DNA of 18,358 bases, from positions 1 through 18,358 of the forward strand of contig JANMPT010000026.1 of NCBI GenBank assembly GCA_031370005.1, read 5' to 3'. Of this stretch, positions 8,143 through 15,666 are shown in pieces. Both the position numbers and the translations under genes were made by a program. The notes under the pieces are model-generated. The model had not been told where the DNA came from and made no database searches. It was given only the letters and a program-made list of their open reading frames with translations. The number at the start of each line of letters is the position of its first letter. Position 1 is the stretch's first letter. Source of the DNA: Bdellovibrionales bacterium. GTDB lineage: Bacteria; Bdellovibrionota; Bdellovibrionia; Bdellovibrionales; Bdellovibrionaceae.

Positions 8143-9591
8143 ATGAAACTTAAATCACTTGTTCGCGAAAATTATTCTTTGGTTCCGGTAGAAATCGAAG
8201 TCACTTTGTTGCCGGGGCTTCCGACGATTCAATTTTTAGGACTTCCCGATCAGATCATTAAAGAAAGTATTCATCGAATCAAAAGTGCGATTCGTCAGCA
8301 AGGCTTTGATTTTCCGCGAACACAGCAGATTTTTGTCAATATTCGTCCGAATCACTTAAAGAAATCCTCTCGGGGGATTGAGCTTGCAGTGGCCGCAGGG
8401 ATTTTGTGGGAAACAGGACAGCTTCCCTTTCCGCTGGCACAAGATCATTTTTATATTTACGGAGAGTTGGGGTTGAGCGGGGAGGTCTTTGAGCCTGAGG
8501 ATCTGGCCAGTGATTTTGATGCAGGAAGCGAGACCCAAGTTCTGACTGGTAATTTGAGTTCTATTTGTTGTCCATTTTCACGGCGCGTGATTCATGAGCT
8601 TAAAAATCTGCCGCAGGCGCAATTTCACGCACCAGAAATGAAAGCCTTGGCAATTGAAAGACCCCAGGTCGGTTTGGATTTTTATTTTGATGAAGTCCAT
8701 GCTGAAATACTTTCTCTAGCAGCCTTGGGTGGTCACTCCATGTTGCTTGCAGGGCCCTCGGGTTCTGGGAAAACGACAATTGCTAAAACCCTAGGGAGTC
8801 TTCTCGAAGAGCCAAGGCCAGAAGAAATTTTAGAAATTAAGAAAATCAATAAGGACTTTCATAACGGAGATAGTTTGTGGAGACCTGTGATTAATCCCCA
8901 CCATTCAAGCACCCCTCTTGCTTTGATTGGTGGAGGTGTTCCTCCGAAGCCCGGCGAGATGAGCCGGGCTCATCGGGGGTTGTTGATTTTAGATGAGCTC
9001 TTGGAGTTTGACCCCAAAGTTCAAGAGAGTTTGCGCGAACCTATGGAGGAAGGCGTCTTAAGGCTTTCCAGAGGCTCCAAGGCGATGAAATACCCAGCTA
9101 TGGCTCAAGTGGTAGCCACCACCAATCTTTGCCCCTGTGGGGATTTTACTCCAGGCTGCCGGGCTCAATGTCGTTTCTCCTTGGTAAAGTGTAAGTCTTA
9201 TGGGCAAAAATTATCAGGCCCTTTGGTGGACCGTTTTGAAATTTTATTTTTCACCAATAAGCGAGACCGATCCTCGGAGGACATGAAGGTGACAGGTCAA
9301 GGAATTTTGGAAAGGCTCGAAATGAGCCGCAGATGGTTGCGTGAGTTGGGCCGTGGACCTCTGGCGAATTCACGCCGACCGATGCGTGAGATCGAAAGCG
9401 AAGTGGATAGTTTCTTTTTTAAGCACATGATGAACAAGGATCTCGGATCTGAGCGCCGCTACCAGGCAACGCTTCGAGTCGCAAGAACTTTGGCGGACCT
9501 TGAAAGGGTGGAGTTTGTTCAGGGCTCTCATGTTGAGCGAGCCCTCAAGATTACCTGGGCACCTTTTGAGAAACTCAGGCGCTGGGATTAG
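8143..9591 (+). CDS. comM: YifB/ComM Mg-chelatase-like AAA+ ATPase (ATG 8143 preferred to TTG 8119)
   Basis: GLP...GLPD..IKES..RIKSAI, Walker A GPSGSGKT, PHHSS, GGG..PKPGE.SRAHRG.L.LDE, LREPMEEG, CPCG, LSGPLVDRF, LRVARTLADL. Confidence 0.9.
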   Translation: MKLKSLVRENYSLVPVEIEVTLLPGLPTIQFLGLPDQIIKESIHRIKSAIRQQGFDFPRTQQIFVNIRPNHLKKSSRGIELAVAAGILWETGQLPFPLAQDHFYIYGELGLSGEVFEPEDLASDFDAGSETQVLTGNLSSICCPFSRRVIHELKNLPQAQFHAPEMKALAIERPQVGLDFYFDEVHAEILSLAALGGHSMLLAGPSGSGKTTIAKTLGSLLEEPRPEEILEIKKINKDFHNGDSLWRPVINPHHSSTPLALIGGGVPPKPGEMSRAHRGLLILDELLEFDPKVQESLREPMEEGVLRLSRGSKAMKYPAMAQVVATTNLCPCGDFTPGCRAQCRFSLVKCKSYGQKLSGPLVDRFEILFFTNKRDRSSEDMKVTGQGILERLEMSRRWLRELGRGPLANSRRPMREIESEVDSFFFKHMMNKDLGSERRYQATLRVARTLADLERVEFVQGSHVERALKITWAPFEKLRRWD

Positions 9592-9644
9592 GTTGACTCA
9601 GGGCTCTCCAGCCTTTAATTTGATCTCTCTTTTTGACCAACAAT

Positions 9645-9718
9645 GGTGGTGTGGCCGAGGGGTTAGGCAGAGCTCTGCAAAAGCTCGTACATCGGTTCAA
9701 GTCCGGTCACCACCTCCA
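9645..9718 (+). tRNA. tRNA-Cys (GCA)
   Basis: Acceptor stem GGTGGTG/CACCACC, discriminator T and encoded CCA; anticodon arm GAGCT-CT-GCA-AA-AGCTC (GCA 9677-79); T arm ATCGG-TTCAAGT-CCGGT; 74 nt. Confidence 0.97.
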
Positions 9719-9826
9719 ATTTTCCGAAACGAAAACTCCCAAAAAATCGAAAATCCCTAGAAATCCAAGTAAGTGATTTCGTATATTTAAACCAGTTCAG
9801 AGTGCTTAAACATAACTCGACATCAC

Positions 9827-9870
9827 AGTACACTGAAGCCAGGGCTTACTTGGTTAAAATCTCGTATTGA
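9827..9870 (+). pseudogene. Extreme 3' stub homologous to the coupling-protein-like remnant at 15423-15551
   Basis: YTEARAYLVKISY* versus YPEAQAYLVDVNP*; 9827-9854 and 15508-15535 match at 23/28 nt. Confidence 0.55.
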
Positions 9871-9909
9871 GACACCTAACCTATTGTACTTTATGGTATT
9901 TTAATTAAC

Positions 9910-9938
9910 TTGAAATGTCTTTTAAGACATGACATAAT
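9910..9938 (+). promoter_or_regulatory. Sigma-70 promoter with palindromic operator across the spacer
   Basis: TTGAAA-N17-CATAAT; ATGTCTT-TT-AAGACAT at 9915-9930; further GACAT copies follow. Confidence 0.65.
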
Positions 9939-9972
9939 AGACATGATGAAATAGTCAAGGAAGAAGCTGGAT

Positions 9973-10425
9973 ATGCCGATACCTAAGTTAACAGCAGGGG
10001 AGCTACCTACCGGAGTTCATATCGCAACTCTGGAAGAAGTAGAGCAGAGTTTTGGTGTTCAGAATGACCGCAGGAAACTTTTGATGGCGGGGCTAAGCAC
10101 GGTCGTTCATATGTTTCAGGCGGCCGGGGTAAAATTTGTTTTAGTGGATGGCAGCTTCACTACTGAAAAAGAGGAGCCTGCCGATATTGACGGGTGTTGG
10201 AGCGCCGCTGGTGATGTTGATTTTCACCGGATTGATTCTGATTTTTGGGACTTTGATGACATAGTTGATTTTCAAGAAAAGAGAAAGCTTGTAAAAGAGC
10301 GCTACGGCTTAGACTTTTTCATCGCAGAGTCAGTCGAGGGAGGTTCTGGAAAGCCTTTCTCTGAGTTCTTCCAGACAAACCGAGACGGTTACCCTAAAGG
10401 GATACTAAAGATCGTACTTAATTAA
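9973..10425 (+). CDS. DUF6932-like pol-beta-fold nucleotidyltransferase, putative toxin
   Basis: IP....GELP.GVH.AT.EEV...FG..RR..L, then VDGSFTTEKEEPADID (GS + DxD), ending RDG.PKGILKI. Confidence 0.8.
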   Translation: MPIPKLTAGELPTGVHIATLEEVEQSFGVQNDRRKLLMAGLSTVVHMFQAAGVKFVLVDGSFTTEKEEPADIDGCWSAAGDVDFHRIDSDFWDFDDIVDFQEKRKLVKERYGLDFFIAESVEGGSGKPFSEFFQTNRDGYPKGILKIVLN

Positions 10426-10436
10426 GGAGATGGTTT

Positions 10437-10865
10437 ATGATTACAAGTGATAGACAGCTAAAAGTCACAAAAGAGAAAATTGAAGATTTTAAAGCCTCTC
10501 TTAAGCAAAAGCCTAATGAGAAAATGAATCCTGTCTTGCAAAAAGCAGCACGAGTTCAAATCGAAGCGTTAATCGCGGAGTTGCAAGAGCACGTCAACGA
10601 TTACGAGCATTTGAAATCTGACGGTATTCCTGCGATTCAAGTTAAAACACCAATGGATATTTTCCTTCTGCCGATTCGGTATAGAATCGCAAAGAATATG
10701 TCGCAAGAGGCATTTTCGCAGTTTGTAGGGGTGGGTTTGCGTCAAATTGCTCGCTATGAAGCAGATGGTTACGAGAATATCCAAGGGGATACGCTCAAAC
10801 GAATACTTGAGAAGCTCTCGTTGAATTTGAACCATGCTGAAATTCGGGAAAATAAAGTTGGGTAA
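10437..10865 (+). CDS. XRE/Cro HTH protein with N-terminal helical hairpin, putative antitoxin
   Basis: AAGGAG RBS; MITSDRQLKVT...LQEHVNDYEHLK then RYRIAKNMSQEAFSQFVGVGLRQIARYEADGY; 11 nt downstream of the NTase gene. Confidence 0.85.
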   Translation: MITSDRQLKVTKEKIEDFKASLKQKPNEKMNPVLQKAARVQIEALIAELQEHVNDYEHLKSDGIPAIQVKTPMDIFLLPIRYRIAKNMSQEAFSQFVGVGLRQIARYEADGYENIQGDTLKRILEKLSLNLNHAEIRENKVG

Positions 10866-10885
10866 GGGCTCCTTTTAAAATGAAC

Positions 10886-11225
10886 TTACGAATAAAAAAA
10901 CTGCATGAGTTTGCAAACAGTTTCAAGCGTTGGGTCCTTCGTGCTGTCAATGGCATCAGATATCAAGGCTTGACTAACTTTTGTTTTTTTTTGAAACTTT
11001 CGCAATGCCATGAGTTCTCGTCAGGGCTCCCATAATATCTTGAACCGCCTCTTTGTCGCCATCGCGAAAGGCCTCGAGGAGGCCTTTAAGCATCACGTCG
11101 GGATTATCCTTTATCCATTGAGCTGGTGAGTGCTCTGTCAATGTCATTTCGCCGATTTTGATTTTCTTCGGTGTGGATTTTATCGGCGCTTTTTTTCTAT
11201 TTATTGCGGTTTTTTGTTTGCCCAT
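10886..11225 (-). pseudogene. HI1420-like addiction-module antidote, frameshifted in an A9 tract
   Basis: Removing one base from T9 (10984-10992) gives ...GIAKVSKKTKVSQALISDAIDSTKDPTLETVCKLMQFFYS* (112 aa), completing the HTH and the N/DPTL motif. Confidence 0.75.
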
Positions 11226-11604
11226 TTTTATTCCTATCGAACCATGCCGACGATGCCCTTATGACCTTGAAACTTTCGAATCTCCGATAATAAATGAACC
11301 TGCAGTTTTGCATTAGTCCGACAACTTTTCGTTGATATGCAAAATGGGCCTCTCGTAGGATCAACCAGTGGTTGTCGCGTTGCCATCCCTGCAGATTCGC
11401 GGACCAGAACTCAAAATGGTGATCCCCGGCGCTAAAGGCGGTGCGAGTAGGCTCATTGCGCCCTTCATTGGTAATTTCAAGCAATTCTCCGGGGTCGGCA
11501 CCGCGAAGGACCAGAGAGAAGACCTCTATCGAATAGCCAAAACGCAGCCCTCGATAGACTCAACGGTTTTAGTGAATTTGGCGAGTGATCGGCAGATAAA
11601 GCTA

Positions 11605-11766
11605 AGCCTTAATCGGAAATGGATCAGCCCACCTATGGAAGGCGCCTGGAAGGATTATACCCAGAAAAAGGTCTATAAGGGGGCTTCTGATCTGCCATCG
11701 GATCTTGGTCAAGCATTCGAATTTATTAATAAATACATATACAATGTTACTAATGTTGCTAAATAG
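11605..11766 (+). pseudogene. Possible 3' fragment of an AbiEii-type toxin gene
   Basis: MEGAWKDYTQKKVYKGASDLPSDLGQAFEFINKYI resembles AbiEii C-termini (M..W..Y.KK...LP.....I); the upstream part of ORF 11368-11766 looks unrelated. Confidence 0.35.
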
Positions 11767-11784
11767 TAAGCTTTTAGCTAAAAT
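11747..11784 (+). promoter_or_regulatory. Sigma-70 promoter with operator-like repeats, probably leaderless
   Basis: TTGCTA-N17-TAAAAT ending 6 nt before ATG 11791; TTACTA-N11-TAGTAA spans the -35; TTTTAGCTAAAA palindrome overlaps the -10. Confidence 0.6.
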
Positions 11785-11790
11785 AGTAAT

Positions 11791-12381
11791 ATGTCGAGAA
11801 AAGAAGCCAAAGTTCCTACTATTAAATCGGGAGTCTACAAGCACTCAGAGTTGACTGAAATGCTGGGCTCCCGCATGGCCGTAAAGAGGGCTCTCACGGC
11901 GCAGTTGATAGAGAAAGTATCGAGGGGCTTCTATTGTACGCCGGATATTGCAACCAACGAGGCCTATTACAGCGTCATTAAGAAATTCTACAAAGAGGCT
12001 GTCATTTCCAAGCGGACGCTACTGTATCATTATCGTTTAACCACCAACCAGCCGGACTTGATTGACGTTGATGTGCCGCAAACGTCTAAGTTGAGAAAAG
12101 GAACAGACCTTCTTGAGGTTCATAGGACGAATAAAATTTTCGGCCTGAGCAGTGCTGAGTTCAATGGCATAAAACTAAAATGCTATTCTGTTGAGCGCGC
12201 TTTGTTTGAGGTTCTTTCTTTTGAAGAAAAGCCCGGAAGTCTTACTTCTGAGATTATTCACAACTATCTTGCTAGTTTCAAGTATGATCCAGCGGCCATT
12301 CATGCTCTGGGTTTAAAGTTTGGTTCACGAGGGGCTCAGCTTGCGAATTTGATACAAGTTATGGCTGGGGATAAGTTTTAA
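11791..12381 (+). CDS. abiEi: Type IV TA AbiEi-family antitoxin/transcriptional regulator, orphan
   Basis: wHTH ending IEKVSRGFY; AVIS..T.LY.Y.LT...P..IDVDVP; KCYSVERALFE; no toxin gene downstream. Confidence 0.8.
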   Translation: MSRKEAKVPTIKSGVYKHSELTEMLGSRMAVKRALTAQLIEKVSRGFYCTPDIATNEAYYSVIKKFYKEAVISKRTLLYHYRLTTNQPDLIDVDVPQTSKLRKGTDLLEVHRTNKIFGLSSAEFNGIKLKCYSVERALFEVLSFEEKPGSLTSEIIHNYLASFKYDPAAIHALGLKFGSRGAQLANLIQVMAGDKF

Positions 12382-12502
12382 GCTCATCTCCCTATAAGGA
12401 AATTCGTTCTTAAAAAATAGGTGAATTCCAATCCACAACCAACAAATCCCCAGTATGAACTGATGACAAATGCATCAGTGAACCCGCCCTTCATGGCCAT
12501 CG

Positions 12503-12607
12503 TACTGTTGGGTCTTGGAGAATAATCCGACTACTCGTTTCTACGAAAAATCTGGAGCTGTTTTTCGCGGTCAAACCAAGTTTGACGAAATTGGTGGTCA
12601 AAATTTT
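12503..12607 (+). pseudogene. Internal fragment of a GNAT acetyltransferase
   Basis: YCWVLENNPTTRFYEKSGAVFRGQTKFDEIGGQNF matches the GNAT WVL..NP...FYEK.G...EIGG motif; both ends are missing. Confidence 0.7.
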
Positions 12608-12821
12608 CTTTTTTGTCTGAGTACTTTTCGACGATGGCCGAAAGTTGCGTTTGAAATTTTTCACTTTGCTCGCCGTATTTTTGCATGATTAAGCCCGAAA
12701 TAGACTTTACGTCGCCTTTAGTTTGTTCCAGTTCATCTGCAGTTAGCTTTCCCCAGGTCCTTTGAATTTCGCCTTTGATTTCAAGCCATTTACCTTTAAG
12801 TGTTGTTTCGTTAATTGTCAT
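12531..12821 (-). CDS. csbD: CsbD-family stress protein, C-terminus probably replaced by read-through
   Basis: LKGKWLEIKGEIQRTWGKLTADELEQTKG....GLIMQKYG; AAGGA RBS; the last ~22 codons are the antisense of the GNAT fragment. Confidence 0.8.
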   Translation of the reverse strand: MTINETTLKGKWLEIKGEIQRTWGKLTADELEQTKGDVKSISGLIMQKYGEQSEKFQTQLSAIVEKYSDKKENFDHQFRQTWFDREKQLQIFRRNE

Positions 12822-12846
12822 AAATTTCCTTTGTGTAATAGATTAA

Positions 12847-12879
12847 GAAATTGAATCTCAAGATGAGAGATTCAATTTC
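12847..12879. terminator. 13-bp perfect inverted repeat between the OmpA gene and csbD
   Basis: GAAATTGAATCTC-AAGATGA-GAGATTCAATTTC; AT-rich with no long U tract, so it may instead be a processing/stability hairpin. Confidence 0.45.
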
Positions 12880-12910
12880 AAGTGATGATCGGTGGAAGAT
12901 GGACTTTGAA

Positions 12911-14287
12911 TTATTGGGTCAAAGTGTTCGGTGAAAGAATAATATCAACGCGTCTGTTCTGAGCGCGGCCTTCTTTAGTTTTATTTGTCGTTAAAGGTTT
13001 TGAATATCCGTAACCTTCAGACTGAATTTCCACATCACTAAGTCCATTTGATTTAAAATACGTGGCCACAGATGAAGCTCGGCTTTCTGAAATGGTTCTA
13101 TTTTCAACTTCGCCGCCCACTGAATCAGTGTGTCCTTCAACGGTTATATGTGAAGTATTTAACGTTTTTGCAACATCCAATACTTTGGCTAGCGAAGGAA
13201 TAGCGCTAGCTGGCAAATCAGACTTTCCCGAAGCAAAATTAATTTGCTTTAATCGAATCACTAAATTTTCACCTTGTTGATAAGCATCGGCTTCCGATTT
13301 TGAAAATTGCGACCTGGCTTTTTCAAGTGCGCGCTGAATTTGAACTTTGTAGTTGGCGTTGTTCAGCTTTTTTGCATTGGCATCGTTTGTCGAAGACAAT
13401 TTATCATTTTCAAGTTGCATCGCTGTTTGATTCGCCTCGTCTTGGGCCGTAACTTTTACTAAGTTCGTTTCCAAGCCAGAAATGGCTTTATTCTGAGAAA
13501 CCATTTTGATCGCAACAGGTTCTGCGAGATTCTTTCCATTTTCTGCGATTGTCGCCATGACATTTGAAAGTTGAATCGTATCTAGATTTGCTTTCGCTAC
13601 AGCTGTTTTGTAGCCTTCTGGATTTCGAACATTCGTTGAAATTATCGATTCCGCCGTTTTCAGAGAGAGCTGAGCCGCTTTAAAGCTTATTTGGAGCAAT
13701 CTTTTTAGCCTTATCATTTTCTGCGCCATTTACTTTTGCCTGACTTTGACCAAGTTGGGTTGCAATCACAGCTCGACGTTCTAAGTCGATATATATATTT
13801 TGATACTCTGATAAAGTTTCAGCTTTTGTCTGTGATAATTTTTCAGCCTTGTCACTGACTTTGGAATCCAAATTGTTCAGATCATTCCGTAATTCCGAAA
13901 TGTTTCCAGCCCCCGCTTTAAGCGCCATTTGCCGAGCGGCAAAAAGTCCTTCGGCTTGAGCCTCTTTATTTCCAGATTTTGAATACGCCTCTATAAGATA
14001 GCCTCTAGCGACGCGGATAGTATCTAGAATTTCGTTTTGAGGTTTCCCATTTTTCAAGTCCATTTCGGCTTGATTTAAATTTGATTTACTTTTTTTAAAT
14101 TCAGACGCGGCCAGAACATCGACGTTTTTTAGAATGGCCGTATTAATATCTGTTGATAGTTTACTTATTTCTACACGCGGCTCAGCTGTAGAGGGAATAT
14201 CTGCCATATGAGGCGTAGCGCACCCAATAAAGAAAAATGCAGTTAAAATTAGAACGGAAATAAAATCGAACGGTTTTTTAGTATCAA
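12911..14287 (-). pseudogene. OmpA-family lipoprotein with long helical N-terminal region, two frameshifts
   Basis: C-terminal INFASGKS..EGHTDSVG..N..ISESRA..V..GYG.SKP...GRAQNRRVDI. Deleting one base near 13688 joins IAPN-SFKAAQ; adding one base near 14259 restores GGAG-N6-TTG MILKNRSILFSVLILTAFFFIG-C (458 aa). Confidence 0.8.
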
Positions 14288-14518
14288 AAGTTTCTCCAAA
14301 CATGGTTAGTGAACACAAATTTGAAGAATTTCAAATATGCAGTCGAAATGATTATATGCCTGTTTATTTTTTTTGCACTACTCAAAATGGAAAGCGTAGT
14401 AATACGGCTTTTTGCAGTTGGCTAGTGCTCTGCAATCATTTGGCTGTTCAGTTTCAAGTTATTCTAAAAAACTTTTCGCCAAGAACACATACTTGTGAAT
14501 CTCATCCGGCATCATAAA

Positions 14519-15365
14519 TTAATCCTTCAAACCCGACGATTTAGGAATCGTGAAACTGAAAGTGCTTCCAACGCCGAGTCTAGAGCTAACCCATAGACGT
14601 CCTTGGTGAGCTTCGACGAGCATTTTAGATATATAAAGGCCCAAACCCAATCCAACTCGATTATTCATCCCCAGCTGGGCATAACGTTCAAAAATTTGAA
14701 GTCTTTTTTCTTCAGGAATACCTGGTCCAGAATCACAAACGGAAACTTGATACTCGGTTTCATTAAAAGTTATGTCGACAGTGATGGTGCCGCTTCCAGG
14801 TGTAAATTTAAGAGCGTTCCCGATCAGGTTAGAAAGTACCTGCATAATGCGATCTTTATCACAAAAAACTTCACTAGGAATATCAGTTTGTACGGACTTA
14901 AGAAGCACATTTTTTGCGAGCGCAGTTTGCGCAAAGCTGTCAATGGCTTCCTGTATTATTTGGCTTAAGCTATACTTTTCCAGTTTGAGTTGAAGCTTTC
15001 CACCCTCAATGCGTTCCATATCCAGTAAATCAGCGATTAAGCGCAAAGACGTATCAATATTTCTTTTTATGAGCTCAACCGATTTACGCGCCTCAGTTCC
15101 TAAAACTAGAAATGCAGGATCTTCTAAAAGCATTTCTGCACACAGGGAAGCCGTACCAATTGGATTCTTGAGATCGTGACTGACGATTGCTAGAAACTCA
15201 TCTCTAGTGGTCAATGAAATCTTGGTCTTAGAATGCTCTGAGACTTCATCCGAAAGTAAGCCAGTTGTATGTTGCCTTCTGAATCAGTTCTTGTTCGCTC
15301 GGCAGAAAGATTTTTGTCGGTCAACTTTCGCTCTTGTTCGAACAACTGACTTGCGAGTGCACTTT
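14519..15365 (-). pseudogene. Sensor histidine kinase (HisKA + HATPase), frameshifted and apparently 5'-truncated
   Basis: H box SHDLKNP, N box NLIGNALKF, G1 DSGPGI, G2 GLGLGL; one base missing near 15275 joins ERKLTDKNLSAERTRTDSE to QHTTGLLSDEVSEHSKTKISLTTRDEF; no good start/RBS upstream. Confidence 0.78.
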
Positions 15366-15422
15366 TTAATTGACGACTAAGCAGACTGTGCGTTTTGGAT
15401 TTTTTATATCGACTCAAGCAAG

Positions 15423-15551
15423 GGCCGCAAGCTTGAAGTCGAAGAGTTCATCATTCACCCGAATCTGGCAAAGTCCCTAAAAGTCGGCAAATGCGTCTGC
15501 ATTAAGAAGTACCCCGAAGCCCAGGCTTATTTGGTGGATGTAAACCCATAG
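15423..15551 (+). pseudogene. 3' remnant of a type IV coupling protein (TraD/VirD4-like) gene
   Basis: GRKLEVEEFIIHPNLAKSLKVGKCVCIKKYPEAQAYLVDVNP* resembles the E..F.IHPN..K.L..G.C C-terminal motif of TraD-like coupling proteins; no start codon. Confidence 0.6.
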
Positions 15552-15573
15552 TGTCTCAGTTTGAGATAGGCTT

Positions 15574-15666
15574 CAGGGGTATACCCTAGGTATATCCCTG
15601 CTGATTTTATTAAACTTGACTCTTGCCATAGTTTGAACAATTCGATATAAATATACCATGGGTATA
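15574..15666 (+). promoter_or_regulatory. abiE promoter/operator region, probably leaderless
   Basis: TTGCCA(15623-28)-N17-TATAAA(15646-51), 6 nt before the ATG; TATACC-N3-GGTATA at 15580-94 and 15652-66; TTAAACT-N13-AGTTTGA around the -35. Confidence 0.7.

Noticed and set aside
9500..9760. 86-aa ORF
   Set aside because: Spans the comM end and tRNA-Cys; spurious.
11197..11484. Minus-strand ORF as the toxin for the antidote gene
   Set aside because: The position fits, but there are no RelE/HigB/BrnT motifs; more likely a chimera of fragments.
11368..11766. 132-aa ORF as a complete gene
   Set aside because: No RBS, and the 5' part looks unrelated; only the 3' part is retained, as a possible AbiEii fragment.
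14418..14434. Sigma-54-like TTGGCTAGTGCTCTGCA on the plus strand
   Set aside because: Points antisense into the kinase gene with no credible downstream gene; GG-N10-GC arises often by chance.
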